64,000 nt of DNA from positions 25,381 to 89,380 of the forward strand of contig CAZBBX010000003.1 of assembly GCA_964490325.1 (NCBI GenBank), given 5' to 3'. This stretch comes from an uncultured Oscillospiraceae bacterium (GTDB lineage Bacteria > Bacillota > Clostridia > Christensenellales > CAG-138). The translations under genes were made by a program, and so were the position numbers. The notes below the pieces were generated by a model. The model had not been told where the DNA came from and did not search any database. It was given only the letters and a program-made list of their open reading frames with translations. Positions 23,195 to 32,933 of the stretch are shown piece by piece (position 1 is the first letter of the stretch; each line of letters opens with the position of its first letter).

Positions 23195-25413
23195 AGGCCT
23201 TCTCTCCGCCTGCGCTCCTTGACAAGGAAGGTGGCGACATGGTTGCCGTGGGTGCCGCGTCCAAAGCCTGCGTCCGCACCCGCCAAGCGCGCTCCCTCGT
23301 CGGTGACCTGCGTGCCGCCTGCGCAGAAGATCAGCTTGTCTCGAACGCCCATCTCACGCGCAATGCTGTCCACAAGGGCAATGTTGCGGTAATGGATGTT
23401 TTCGTGCGAGATGACGGCGGAGGCCAGCATCGCGTCCGCGTTGAGTTCGATCGCGGCGTTGACCAGCTTCTCCGGGGGAACGGAGGTGCCGAGGTAATGC
23501 ACCTCTACACCGTACTTTTCGATGCCGCCGTGCTTGATGTCGATGATCTCGCGCAGACCGACCGAATGTTCGTCCTGCCCGATGGTCCCCGCTACGACCC
23601 GCAGGGGCTTGCGTTCGATGTCGGCGCGGATCTCCTCATCGCTCAATATGTCAGGCTCCTTGGGCAAAACAAGGGAATCGATGTCCAGATCGAAGCCTAC
23701 CTTGCCCTTCATTTCGATGCGCGTGCCCTCTGCGCGCTGCATGATCTCGCGGTTGATGACCTCGCAGTCGGAGAGGTTCATCCGCTTGCCGACCTCCAGC
23801 GCGGCCGCCTCGGCGTGCCGCACATCCGTCGGGAAAAAGAGGGTCAGCATCACGGTGCCGTCCGCCAGCCATTCCATTTCGGGCTTGAGCTTTTTGGCTT
23901 CGGGACCCGCATACGCCTGCACCTCGTCCATGCGAAGGTACACGTTGTCGGTCTCGTCCAATTCATCAATATAGACGATCTTGTCGGGACATTCCAGCGT
24001 GCAGCCGCCGATGAGGCGGGAGGGATCGTCCACCGCGTCGGGATCGTACTGGGCAACATTGTTGCGCCCAAAGTGCGCGGTGACGGGAGCCATGTAATCC
24101 TTGGCGCGCTTGGCCACCGTTCCCGCACCCACGCCGTCGTCGATCTTGCGGACGATGCCGTCGCCGTTGCGTTCGGGGAACATGCCGGAGTCCACAAAGT
24201 AGCCCGCTTCCACGGCGGCAAAGTAGCCGCCCAAGGCAAGGCAATCCTCCAAGAACAGCACGGCACGCTCCTGCAGCTCACGGGACTTCTCCACAAGATA
24301 GCCGTCCTTCTTCAGCTCCACCATCTCCATCAGTCCGTCCAAGCCCACAAGCGTCTGCTTGGCGGTGTCGCAGGCTTCGATGTTGTAGATGTGCCAAGGA
24401 ACGTTGCGTCCCTCATCGGGGGTGATGGTGCTTTGAATGTCTGCACTTGTGAGCTTAGAGATCAGCATGTTGAGCACATGCGTCACCGTGGCTTCCCGCG
24501 TGGAGGCTTCGATATACTTGGTGTTCATCTGTGCGCGCACACGGTAGCCGCTAAAGAGCTTGCGCAGGGCTACGGCATACGGAAGATCCATGTAGACGCA
24601 GGGACCGGGTGTCGCCGTGGGCGGAACGGTGGACAGGCAGATGTTCTCTTTTTTCATACCTGCTTTGACGGATACCGCGGCATTGATACCGTGCTGCACC
24701 ATCAGCTCGGGCATGACCTTCCACGCGTCGCGTGCGGTGGCGTTGGCGTTGTGCGCACCGTCGATCTGCGCCATGTTTGCCCAGGCCATGACGCGCTTGG
24801 ACTCGCAGGCGTCCACAAAGGAGCGCACCATGTTGATGTTGCGGTAGATCACATTGTACTGCGGATCCTGATGAGCGCCGTTGACGCCCTCCTCCGCGAA
24901 CATGACCGCAATGTCGGGGCCTGCCACGCCGCTGACATAGGAATGGTAGTTGATGGGACGACCCACCTCGTCCTCGATCATATCCAGCGCCTTGCGCTGC
25001 GCGCGCACCTGCTTGCGGGTGACGGGTACGCCGCCGATGCCCTGCGGACTGCCCTCGATCAGACCGTCGAAATGGGACTGCCCCGCCGTGCGAATGACCA
25101 TGATGTGATCCGCACCGTGATGGGCAGCCATGCGCATACGGCGAATGTCGTCCTCAAAGCGCCCGGAGGCGATCTCGGTGGTGATGACGGGGAGGGGCTG
25201 CGGGTCAATGTCGCCAAAGTAATGCGCAGGGGGCAGACCCACGCTGTCCTTGAGCGGGGTCGAGCAGTCGTGATAGGTGAACGGTCCCATCTTCAGGTCG
25301 GGATCGGGCGTGCGCCATGTCCAGCCGCGGCGGCGGGGTCTGTAATGCTCCAGATCCGTCAGGATGGAAGCCACATCGATGCGGACATTCGGATCCAAGC
25401 TATTCTCCTGCAT
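23191..25413 (-). CDS. oraE: D-ornithine 4,5-aminomutase, large (E) subunit, B12/PLP-dependent
   Basis: The C-terminal B12 domain carries the DxHxxG motif (GQDEHSVG), and the protein is about 740 aa. The ATG at 25413 is preceded by GAAGGGGG. It sits between oraS and the reactivase. Confidence 0.85.
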   Translation of the reverse strand: MQENSLDPNVRIDVASILTDLEHYRPRRRGWTWRTPDPDLKMGPFTYHDCSTPLKDSVGLPPAHYFGDIDPQPLPVITTEIASGRFEDDIRRMRMAAHHGADHIMVIRTAGQSHFDGLIEGSPQGIGGVPVTRKQVRAQRKALDMIEDEVGRPINYHSYVSGVAGPDIAVMFAEEGVNGAHQDPQYNVIYRNINMVRSFVDACESKRVMAWANMAQIDGAHNANATARDAWKVMPELMVQHGINAAVSVKAGMKKENICLSTVPPTATPGPCVYMDLPYAVALRKLFSGYRVRAQMNTKYIEASTREATVTHVLNMLISKLTSADIQSTITPDEGRNVPWHIYNIEACDTAKQTLVGLDGLMEMVELKKDGYLVEKSRELQERAVLFLEDCLALGGYFAAVEAGYFVDSGMFPERNGDGIVRKIDDGVGAGTVAKRAKDYMAPVTAHFGRNNVAQYDPDAVDDPSRLIGGCTLECPDKIVYIDELDETDNVYLRMDEVQAYAGPEAKKLKPEMEWLADGTVMLTLFFPTDVRHAEAAALEVGKRMNLSDCEVINREIMQRAEGTRIEMKGKVGFDLDIDSLVLPKEPDILSDEEIRADIERKPLRVVAGTIGQDEHSVGLREIIDIKHGGIEKYGVEVHYLGTSVPPEKLVNAAIELNADAMLASAVISHENIHYRNIALVDSIAREMGVRDKLIFCAGGTQVTDEGARLAGADAGFGRGTHGNHVATFLVKERRRREGL

Positions 25414-25777
25414 ACTCGACGCCCCCTTCAAACAGTTGTTCCGCCTCGTTCCAGCAGCCGCTTTCGATCAAGGCAAGTCCCGCCGTGCGCACATCGCAGC
25501 CCCGCGCCTTGGCAAGGCGATAGAGGACGTTGCCCGCGCCGTGCTTGATTAAGCCGTGCTCCGTGCAGCCGTCTGCCAGCGTCTTTGCCTCCAAGGAGGA
25601 AAAGCCCATGCGCAGCAGCACGCTGCGTTCGATGGCGGGGGAGGTGTTCTCCCGCGCAAGCTCGACAAGCGGGTCGGTCAGCTGATCGAGCAGCGCCCAA
25701 AAGCGATCCTTCAGCGCTTCATCACTGAGCGATGCGAGATGCTCTCTGCGCTCGGCAAAATCGTCGGCTCGTTTCAT
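25400..25777 (-). CDS. oraS: D-ornithine 4,5-aminomutase, small (S) subunit
   Basis: This 125-aa protein (MKRADDFAERREHLASLSDEALKDRFW...) sits directly upstream of oraE and overlaps it. Its start forms an ATGA overlap with ortB. Confidence 0.8.
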   Translation of the reverse strand: MKRADDFAERREHLASLSDEALKDRFWALLDQLTDPLVELARENTSPAIERSVLLRMGFSSLEAKTLADGCTEHGLIKHGAGNVLYRLAKARGCDVRTAGLALIESGCWNEAEQLFEGGVEYAGE

Positions 25778-27162
25778 AGCAGCTCCTTTACAAAGTCCAA
25801 GTCGGATTTGGTCTCCTCCGCAAGGAAGGCAAGATCTTGATCGTTCGGCGCGTGGGGAACGGTCTGCAGGGCGTGATGGATCAGCGAGCTGCGCAGATGC
25901 GTGATGTTCGCTTCCCTTGCACGGATCAGGGAGGGGTGAGCGGGCAGGATGATGTTCTTGCCGGGGATCTCCTCCTCGGGGTCACCCAAGCGAACATCGA
26001 TGCCGTTGTCACGCGCAAAGGAAAGCTGCGCGTTGACATGTTTGCCTGCGCCTGTATACTCCGTTTCCTGCACGACGATGCACTTGTCGGCGGGAAGCTG
26101 CTGCGCAAGGGCAAAGGCTGCCGCCAGCGAGGTGTTGCCTGCGGGACCCTTTTCCATGCCCTCCAGCACTGCCAGCGCCTCCGTCATGAAGAAGACCTCG
26201 CCTTGGTTGACGGTCACATAGCGATCCATGTAGCGCAGCGGCCGCGCAGCGCTGCGGGGTACGTCGCTGCGGTCGGGCCAAGAGGAGAAGGGCATTCCAA
26301 AGCCCGTATGCCCCGTGGTAAAGGACTTGAGGTTGAACTGCGTGTCCGAAGCCATGTGCAGCCCCTTGAGGTTCACGGACGCCGCGACGATCTCGCTGTG
26401 GCAGCCGGCCTTCAATAGTCCTCGCGCCGTACCCGTCAGGTTGCCGCCGCCTGCGTTGGTGCAGACCACGGCGTCAGGCTCCTTGCCATAGCGGTCACGG
26501 AACTGCGTTGCGATCTCATAGCCCAGCGTTTCGATGCCCGCCACGCCATAGGCGGTGTACAGGGAGGCGTTGAAGTAACCCGTGTCCTCAAGCATCCTTA
26601 AAAATAGGTAGAACAGCTCGGGACCGACGGTGAGCTGCACGACCTCCGCGCCCAACGCCTCGCATTTGCGCGCCTTTTCCACGATCTCGGGCTGACCCAC
26701 GCCGCGGGAGTCAAAGCACTCCTGCACGACGATGCACTTCAGTCCCGCCTTTGCGGCACAGGCCGCCACGGCCGCGCCGTAGTTGCCGCTGGTGGCGGCG
26801 ATGACGCCCTTATAGCCGCTGCGCTTTGCGTGATGCACGGAGGTGCAGGCGCGGCGCACCTTGAAGCTGCCGGACAGATTCGCCGCCTCATCCTTGACAA
26901 AAATTCGTGCGCCGTATCCTGCGGGAGCGCAGGCACGAGCCAGCGCGGTGATGTTCTTCAGCTCGATCAGGGGCGTGTCGCCAATGTTGTAGGAGCGCTG
27001 GATCTCGCGAACATTCTCCAGCGTGTATCCTGTTGCCGCCATCATGCCCTCATAGTCAAAGGCAATGGAGCCGGACTCAAAGGCGTCGTAGTCCATGCCG
27101 ACGGCAGCCTTCATGATCTCGTTCTTGCGCGCCATCACTGCGGAATAACTGTTGTCACGCAT
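25774..27162 (-). CDS. ortB: 2-amino-4-ketopentanoate thiolase, beta (PLP) subunit
   Basis: It has a Trp-synthase-beta-like fold with ANLSGSFKVRRA (PLP Lys). The ATG at 27162 overlaps the ortA stop by 8 nt. Confidence 0.8.
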   Translation of the reverse strand: MRDNSYSAVMARKNEIMKAAVGMDYDAFESGSIAFDYEGMMAATGYTLENVREIQRSYNIGDTPLIELKNITALARACAPAGYGARIFVKDEAANLSGSFKVRRACTSVHHAKRSGYKGVIAATSGNYGAAVAACAAKAGLKCIVVQECFDSRGVGQPEIVEKARKCEALGAEVVQLTVGPELFYLFLRMLEDTGYFNASLYTAYGVAGIETLGYEIATQFRDRYGKEPDAVVCTNAGGGNLTGTARGLLKAGCHSEIVAASVNLKGLHMASDTQFNLKSFTTGHTGFGMPFSSWPDRSDVPRSAARPLRYMDRYVTVNQGEVFFMTEALAVLEGMEKGPAGNTSLAAAFALAQQLPADKCIVVQETEYTGAGKHVNAQLSFARDNGIDVRLGDPEEEIPGKNIILPAHPSLIRAREANITHLRSSLIHHALQTVPHAPNDQDLAFLAEETKSDLDFVKELL

Positions 27163-27463
27163 TGCTCTGCCCTCCAAAAACGATCTCCTTGACCATGTCG
27201 TCCACGACATGCAGCTCGGGGATATACTTGCCGAAGCTGTGCTCATAGCAGGGCTGCTCCGCGCAGAGCTTTCCCGTGACGATACGACCCGTGCGGGTCA
27301 CCACCGTGACGGTGTCGCCCAAGGCGGCGCTCTCCTCGACCAGATTTCCCTTTACCCATTGCTCCAACGGCAGCATACGCGTGTCGTCGGGAATGTTCTC
27401 CGCTCGTTCGGCGGGTTTGAGTACGATCAGATGGATCTGTACCCACTCGTTTTTAACAGCCAT
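27155..27463 (-). CDS. ortA: 2-amino-4-ketopentanoate thiolase, alpha subunit
   Basis: This 102-aa protein (MAVKNEWVQIHLIVLKPAERAENIPDDT...) has an AAGGAGG RBS and lies between ord and ortB. Confidence 0.8.
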   Translation of the reverse strand: MAVKNEWVQIHLIVLKPAERAENIPDDTRMLPLEQWVKGNLVEESAALGDTVTVVTRTGRIVTGKLCAEQPCYEHSFGKYIPELHVVDDMVKEIVFGGQSNA

Positions 27464-27475
27464 ACGAACGCCTCC

Positions 27476-28522
27476 TTACTTTGTTTCGATCCGATCGCGC
27501 ATATCGCCCATGATGGCACGGGGTACGGGCAGATCCAGCATGGTCTTCAGACCCGGCGTCGCGTTGATGACCTGCGGGATCATGTTGACGCACATGGCAA
27601 TGGTACCCGTTCCGCCGTTGACCTCGGGGCGGATCTGCATGTTGACGGCGGGCGTGCCCGTCAGGGTGATGTAGTCGCCCGTATAGGTGCCTTCCGCCTC
27701 CGGTTCGATCTGTTGCGGATGGATCATCTCGATCTTTTGCTCGCCGTTTACATAGCCCTGTCCCGTCATGTTGACGCCTGCTACATCGCCTGCCTTGGCA
27801 AAGCCGTAGGGGGAGCGGCGATCCACGCTTGTGATGATGGGCTGCATCTGCTGTTCAAAGCGATCCACCTTCCAGCCCAACGCCTCCGCGATCATGCCTA
27901 CGGACTCGGCAAAGCCGACATGCCCCGCAAGGGAGCCGTCCGAAACACCCGCTGCAAAGGCTTCCTTGGTAAGTCCCACACCCTGCTCCACCATGACGGC
28001 GGGGCCGAAGGGAGAGAGGCTGTTGACGCGCTTGCAAAGAACGTGCTCCACATCGGTCATGCAGCCGCTCAGACACACCGCCAAAAGATCCATCATCAGA
28101 CCGGGGTTGATGCCCGTACCCAATACGGTCACGCCGTGCGCCTTTGCGATCCTGTCCATTTCTTCGGTCAATTCGGGGGATTTTGCCTTGGGATAGCTCA
28201 TCTCTTCAGCGGTGCTGATGACGTTGATACCGCTTTCAAGGAGCAGCTTGATCTTGGGAAATGCTTTTTTTGTAAAGGAATCCGTAGCCAAAATGCACAG
28301 TATGGGCTTGGCCTTGATAAGCTCTTGGATGTCGGCGGTGACAAACACGTCGGGGCGTTCCCCCCGCTCCGTATCCAACAGCGCATAGACGCTCTTGCCC
28401 ACACGCGACGGGGCAATGTCACAGACCCCGCACAGTTCCACACCGCGTTTTTGCATGAGCGCGTGCGCAATGCCGCTGCCCATGGCGCCAAAGCCCCAGA
28501 TGGCTACACGAATGTTTTGCAT
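27476..28522 (-). CDS. ord: 2,4-diaminopentanoate dehydrogenase
   Basis: The N-terminal Rossmann motif is IRVAIWGFGAMGSGIA. The protein is DapB-like, is the first gene of the cluster and has a GGAGG RBS. Confidence 0.8.
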   Translation of the reverse strand: MQNIRVAIWGFGAMGSGIAHALMQKRGVELCGVCDIAPSRVGKSVYALLDTERGERPDVFVTADIQELIKAKPILCILATDSFTKKAFPKIKLLLESGINVISTAEEMSYPKAKSPELTEEMDRIAKAHGVTVLGTGINPGLMMDLLAVCLSGCMTDVEHVLCKRVNSLSPFGPAVMVEQGVGLTKEAFAAGVSDGSLAGHVGFAESVGMIAEALGWKVDRFEQQMQPIITSVDRRSPYGFAKAGDVAGVNMTGQGYVNGEQKIEMIHPQQIEPEAEGTYTGDYITLTGTPAVNMQIRPEVNGGTGTIAMCVNMIPQVINATPGLKTMLDLPVPRAIMGDMRDRIETK

Positions 28523-28634
28523 GAGATACCTCCGTTATGAAATTTTACAACAAAAGAACGCAAGCGCAGGTCTCCCTTTTACGGTCGCCGCTTCCTCACG
28601 GCGCCGCCGCGCTCACGTTCCTAATATAGCAAAT

Positions 28635-29768
28635 TCAGGACAATTTTGCAACAGCGGAAAGCAGGTATTCCACATCCTTTTCACGCGTTGTATGCCCGGG
28701 GGAAAAGCGTATCGTTCCCTGCGGATAGGTACCCAGCGTTTTATGCGCGCTGGGGGCGCAGTGCAGGCCGCAGCGCGTGTCGATGCCGTAGTCCTCCGAC
28801 AGGGCAAACGCAAGCTCCGCGTTGTCCCGCCGCAGGCAGTCCACGGATACGACGCCTGTTGCATAGGTGTCTGCCTGCGGCGCAAGTACGTTCAGCTGCG
28901 GTATAGCGCTTAGACCCTCGGTCAACTGCCTCGTCCGCTCCGCTATGCTTTCGCCGATGGCTTTTACGCCAAGGCCTTCGATGTAGGCAAGCGCGGCGTT
29001 AAAAGCATACAGCCCGCTGATGTTCAGCGTCCCCGCCTCAAAGCGGTCGGGAAAGAGCGTGGGGACCTCCTCGCTGTAGGAAAAGGAACCCGTCCCGCCA
29101 ACGATCAGCGGCGTGAGCTTATCCAAAAACGCTTCCGTTCCAAGAAGCACACCCACACCGGGCAGGGCAAGCAGCCCCTTGTGGGCGGGCAGACAGAGCG
29201 CGGCAAGATGCAGCGCCGCAAAGTCGATCGGCACATGCCCCGCCGTCTGCGCAGCGTCCAGTACGAAGGGAATGTTTGCCCTTTGCAGCAGCTCGGACAG
29301 CTCGTAAACGGGGTTTAGCACCCCGCACACGTTGGAGGCATGGGTGCAGACGCACAGCTTGATGTCGGGACGGATCAGCTCCTTTGCCGCAGCAAGATCC
29401 ATCAGACCTTTGCAGTCGGCAGGGATGCGTACGATCTTTGCGCCAAGCTGCACAAGCGGACGCATGACCGCGTTATGCTCAAGGGAACTGACCAGTACGA
29501 CATCTCCCTGCTTGATAAAGCCCTTGATGACCTGATTGAGAGCCGCCGTCAGCCCACCCGTGAACAGTACGCGCTTGGGCTCGTCAAAATGAAACAGGCG
29601 GCACAGGCTTTCCCGCACGGACAGTACGGTCAGCTCCGCCTCGCTTGCGCTCTGATAGCTCCCGCGGCCGATGTTTGCGCCGACTTCCTTTATGTAATGA
29701 AGGGTCGCCTCCGCAACGGAGGGCGCTTTGGGAAAGGAGGTCGCGGCATTATCAAAATAAATCGACAT
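28635..29768 (-). CDS. class V aminotransferase, cysteine desulfurase / selenocysteine lyase family (NifS-like)
   Basis: It begins MSIYFDNAATSFPK and carries a PLP-Lys box PAHKGLLALPGVG. It is divergent from yedE. Confidence 0.75.
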   Translation of the reverse strand: MSIYFDNAATSFPKAPSVAEATLHYIKEVGANIGRGSYQSASEAELTVLSVRESLCRLFHFDEPKRVLFTGGLTAALNQVIKGFIKQGDVVLVSSLEHNAVMRPLVQLGAKIVRIPADCKGLMDLAAAKELIRPDIKLCVCTHASNVCGVLNPVYELSELLQRANIPFVLDAAQTAGHVPIDFAALHLAALCLPAHKGLLALPGVGVLLGTEAFLDKLTPLIVGGTGSFSYSEEVPTLFPDRFEAGTLNISGLYAFNAALAYIEGLGVKAIGESIAERTRQLTEGLSAIPQLNVLAPQADTYATGVVSVDCLRRDNAELAFALSEDYGIDTRCGLHCAPSAHKTLGTYPQGTIRFSPGHTTREKDVEYLLSAVAKLS

Positions 29769-29784
29769 TTTTCGTTATCCTCAC

Positions 29785-29813
29785 TTGCATATAACGCTCG
29801 TCTATGGTATTAT
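29785..29813 (+). promoter_or_regulatory. promoter of yedE-yedF-DUF3343
   Basis: TTGCAT-17 nt-TATTAT, with an extended -10 TG (ATGGTATTAT). Confidence 0.5.
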
Positions 29814-29854
29814 AACACAGGGAAGAAAAAAATCATACCCCAAGGAGGACACTC

Positions 29855-30928
29855 GTGGAAAAGAAAGAAAACTTTTTTACCCGTTACGGTCTGATCCTGA
29901 TAACGGGCGTCGCAGTCGGCTTAGCCGCACTGGGACTGACGGCGTGGGGAAACCCCTCGAACATGGGTTTTTGCATTGCCTGCTTCCTTCGTGACATCGC
30001 AGGCGCGTTGGGTCTGCACGCTGCCGCAAAGGTACAGTATGTGCGTCCTGAGATCATCGGTCTGGTGCTGGGCTCCACCATCATCGCCCTCATCCGCAAG
30101 GAGTTTCGTCCGCAGGGCGGTTCCTCGCCCTTTACGCGCTTTTTGATCGCCATCTTCGTCATGATCGGCGCGCTGGTCTTCTTGGGCTGCCCGCTGCGCA
30201 TGATCATCCGTCTTGGCGGCGGCGACCTGAACGCGTTGGTCGGCCTTGTCGGCTTCATCGTCGGCATCCTCATCGGCGCAGGCGCGCTGCGCATGGGCTT
30301 CTCGTTCCGCCGTGCGTACAAGCAAAGCCTTACGGAGGGACTGCTGTTCCCCATCGTGATGCTTGTGCTGCTCCTTATCTCTCTTACGACCACCCTGTTC
30401 AACGCCAGCGCGGAAGGCCCCGGCTCGCAGCATGCGCCTTGGCTGGCCTCGTTGGTGATCGCCCTTGCCATCGGCGCTCTTTGCCAGCAGTCAAGACTTT
30501 GCATGGTCGGCGGCGTTCGCGATGCGGTCATGTTCAAGGATTTCAAACTCATTCTGGGCTTTGTCGCCATCCTTATCACGGTCGTGGTCGGCAACCTCAT
30601 TTTGGGCAAGTTCAAGCTTTCGTTTGAAGGCCAACCCATTGCGCACACCGACGGTGTTTGGAACTTCTTAGGTATGCTGATGGTCGGCTGGGGCAGCGTA
30701 TTACTGGGCGGCTGTCCGCTTAGGCAGCTCATCTTGGCGGGTGAGGGCAATTCCGACTCCGCCGTCGTCATCACTGGCTTCATCGTCGGCGCGGCGCTGT
30801 CCCACAATTTCGGGCTGGCTTCGAGCGGCGACGGCATCGGCGCAGGCCCCGTGGTCATCACGATGATCGTGGGCTTCGTGTTCCTCCTTGCCGTGTCCCT
30901 GCTGAACATTTCCAAGAAGGAGGCATAA
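29855..30928 (+). CDS. yedE: YedE/FdhT-family selenium/sulfur transporter-like membrane protein
   Basis: GTG start 7 nt after AAGGAGG. It is polytopic, with the conserved Cys motifs NMGFCIACFLRD and GGCPLRQL. Confidence 0.75.
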   Translation: MEKKENFFTRYGLILITGVAVGLAALGLTAWGNPSNMGFCIACFLRDIAGALGLHAAAKVQYVRPEIIGLVLGSTIIALIRKEFRPQGGSSPFTRFLIAIFVMIGALVFLGCPLRMIIRLGGGDLNALVGLVGFIVGILIGAGALRMGFSFRRAYKQSLTEGLLFPIVMLVLLLISLTTTLFNASAEGPGSQHAPWLASLVIALAIGALCQQSRLCMVGGVRDAVMFKDFKLILGFVAILITVVVGNLILGKFKLSFEGQPIAHTDGVWNFLGMLMVGWGSVLLGGCPLRQLILAGEGNSDSAVVITGFIVGAALSHNFGLASSGDGIGAGPVVITMIVGFVFLLAVSLLNISKKEA

Positions 30929-30929
30929 C

Positions 30930-31136
30930 ATGATCGATGCAAGAGGTTTGTCCTGCCCGCAGCCCGTGCTGCTTGTACAGCGCGCCGTCAAGAAGGACGC
31001 GCCTGCGCTTGTCGAGGTAGTAGTAGACAACGAAACGGCGGTGCAGAATATTCGCCGTTTTGCAAAGGCGGTCGGTTACAGCTTTGAAGTCGCAGAGGAT
31101 GCAGGCGAATACAAGCTGAAACTGATGAAGGCATGA
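30930..31136 (+). CDS. yedF: TusA/SirA-like sulfurtransferase (YedF-type)
   Basis: This 68-aa protein carries the CPxP motif in DARGLSCPQPVL. It starts 1 nt after the yedE stop. Confidence 0.8.
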   Translation: MIDARGLSCPQPVLLVQRAVKKDAPALVEVVVDNETAVQNIRRFAKAVGYSFEVAEDAGEYKLKLMKA

Positions 31137-31372
31137 ATTCCTACATAGCCACCTTTTATACGCATTTGTCCGCTATGCGCAGCCATCAAAAGCTGCGCAC
31201 GGCGGGTCTTACGGCAAAACTCATGCCGGTGCCGCGTGCGCTCAGCGCAAGCTGCGGCACCTGCGTGAGCTACCTTGCCGACGAGCCGCACGAGGAACTC
31301 TTGGACAGCGACGCAGAGCAGCTTGCCCTGCGCACGGAGGACGGATTCCGCATACTGAAGCATTTTTCATAG
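31133..31372 (+). CDS. DUF3343 protein (putative Se/S carrier-like)
   Basis: Its start forms an ATGA overlap with yedF. The sequence MNSYIATFYTHLSAMRSHQKLRTAGL...PVPRALSASCGTCV fits the DUF3343 pattern. Confidence 0.65.
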   Translation: MNSYIATFYTHLSAMRSHQKLRTAGLTAKLMPVPRALSASCGTCVSYLADEPHEELLDSDAEQLALRTEDGFRILKHFS

Positions 31373-31407
31373 GATCTCGCCGAAATTTTCATATCGCAGC
31401 CGTTTTG

Positions 31408-31436
31408 CTTGACAAAAAGCCCTTGGATGTAGATAA
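31408..31436 (+). promoter_or_regulatory. promoter of glyQS
   Basis: TTGACA-17 nt-GATAAT, 30 nt upstream of the ATG. No T-box leader fits in the 94-nt gap. Confidence 0.5.
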
Positions 31437-31466
31437 TAGGGAAGGAAAAAATAGGAGGCGAACGGC

Positions 31467-32858
31467 ATGGCATTCGACTATACGATGGACAAGATCGTGT
31501 CCCTGTGCAAGAATAGGGGCTTTATCTTTGCAGGCAGCGAGATCTACGGCGGCCTGTCCAACACTTGGGATTACGGCCCCTTGGGCGTAGAATTCAAGAA
31601 CAACGTAAAAAAGGCATGGTGGCGCAAGTTCGTGCAGGAAAGTCCCTACAACGTGGGCATGGACGCAGCCATCCTGATGAACCCGCAAACTTGGGTGGCT
31701 TCGGGTCATGTGGGCGGTTTTTCCGACCCGCTGATGGACTGCAAGGCGTGCAAGGCGCGTTTCCGTGCGGACAAGCTCATCGAGGACTATGCCGCGGCCA
31801 ACGGCTTGGATGACGTCCATCCCGATGGCTGGACGAACGAGCAGATGGAGCAGTACATCGCCGACAAGGGCATAGCCTGCCCCGAGTGCGGCGCAAAGAG
31901 CTTCACCTCCATTCGCAAGTTCAACCTTATGTTCAAGACCTTTCAGGGCGTGACGGAGGATACCGCATCCCAGCTTTATCTCAGACCCGAGACGGCACAG
32001 GGCATCTTTGTCAACTTCCGCAATGTGCAGCGCACAACGCGCCGCAAGCTCCCGTTTGGCATCTGCCAGATCGGCAAGAGCTTCCGCAACGAGATCACCC
32101 CGGGCAACTTCACCTTCCGTACCCGCGAGTTCGAGCAAATGGAATGCGAATTTTTCTGTGCGCCTGGCACGGATCTCGATTGGTATCACTACTGGAAGGA
32201 CTATGCCGAAAACTTCCTGCTCTCCTTGGGCATGAAGCGCGACAGTCTGCGCCTGCGGGAGCATGAGAAGGCGGAACTTTCCCACTACAGCAAGGGCACT
32301 ACGGACGTTGAGTTCCTGTTCCCCTTCGGCTGGGGCGAGCTGTGGGGCATCGCCGATCGCACCGATTTCGACCTGAAGGCACACGCGGCCTGCTCAGGCG
32401 AGAACTTCGAGTATCAGGATCCCTTCACGGGTGAGAAGTACGTTCCGTACTGCATCGAGCCCTCCTTGGGCGCGGATCGCGTCACGCTGGCCTTCCTTTG
32501 CAGCGCTTACGACGAGGAGACGCTGGAGGGCAACGATGTGCGCACGGTGCTGCATCTGCATCCCGCGCTTGCGCCGTATAAGGCTGCCGTGCTGCCTCTG
32601 TCCAAAAAGCTGTCCGAAAAGGCGACCGCCGTATACACCGAGCTTGCAAAGCATTTCATGGTGGACTACGACGAAACAGGCTCCATCGGCAAACGGTATC
32701 GCCGTGAGGACGAGATCGGAACGCCGCTGTGCATAACGGTCGATTTTGAAACGGCGGAGGACGAAACGGTCACCGTTCGTGACCGCGACACGATGCAGCA
32801 GATCCGCCTGCCGATAAGCGAATTGCCCGCCTACATCGCGGAACGCATCGAGTTTTAG
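31467..32858 (+). CDS. glyQS: glycine--tRNA ligase (homodimeric class II)
   Basis: It begins [40 protein letters not shown] and contains [12 protein letters not shown] and [10 protein letters not shown]. Confidence 0.95.
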   Translation: MAFDYTMDKIVSLCKNRGFIFAGSEIYGGLSNTWDYGPLGVEFKNNVKKAWWRKFVQESPYNVGMDAAILMNPQTWVASGHVGGFSDPLMDCKACKARFRADKLIEDYAAANGLDDVHPDGWTNEQMEQYIADKGIACPECGAKSFTSIRKFNLMFKTFQGVTEDTASQLYLRPETAQGIFVNFRNVQRTTRRKLPFGICQIGKSFRNEITPGNFTFRTREFEQMECEFFCAPGTDLDWYHYWKDYAENFLLSLGMKRDSLRLREHEKAELSHYSKGTTDVEFLFPFGWGELWGIADRTDFDLKAHAACSGENFEYQDPFTGEKYVPYCIEPSLGADRVTLAFLCSAYDEETLEGNDVRTVLHLHPALAPYKAAVLPLSKKLSEKATAVYTELAKHFMVDYDETGSIGKRYRREDEIGTPLCITVDFETAEDETVTVRDRDTMQQIRLPISELPAYIAERIEF

Positions 32859-32864
32859 TTTCAG

Positions 32865-32896
32865 CGGGGCAGGGCGTTCGACCCTGTCCCTTTTTT
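32865..32896 (+). terminator. intrinsic terminator after glyQS
   Basis: GGGGCAGGG / CCCTGTCCC form a 9-bp stem (one G-U pair) with a 7-nt loop, followed by TTTTTT. Confidence 0.7.
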
Positions 32897-32933
32897 CGTT
32901 TATTAGAAGAGACATCCAAGGGAAGGAGCCGTT

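Noticed and set aside
23239-25548. 769-aa plus-strand ORF, the longest unassigned ORF in the track
   Set aside because: It is exactly antisense to oraE, whose minus-strand product has unmistakable aminomutase and B12 (DxHxxG) motifs. The plus-strand translation is a low-complexity R/G/A/H/V-rich string typical of stop-free antisense frames in high-GC DNA.
27152-28540. 462-aa plus-strand ORF
   Set aside because: It is antisense to ord and ortA, which have RBSs, coupled junctions and family motifs.
29884-30942. 352-aa minus-strand ORF
   Set aside because: It is antisense to the YedE membrane protein gene, and its product is a Pro/Ser/Arg/Met-rich artefact.
31373-31466. T-box leader expected upstream of glyQS (and likewise upstream of trpS at 56239-56259)
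   Set aside because: The gaps are only 94 nt and 21 nt, no AAnnnGGGTGGTACCGCG-like T-box sequence is present, and a plain promoter fits instead.
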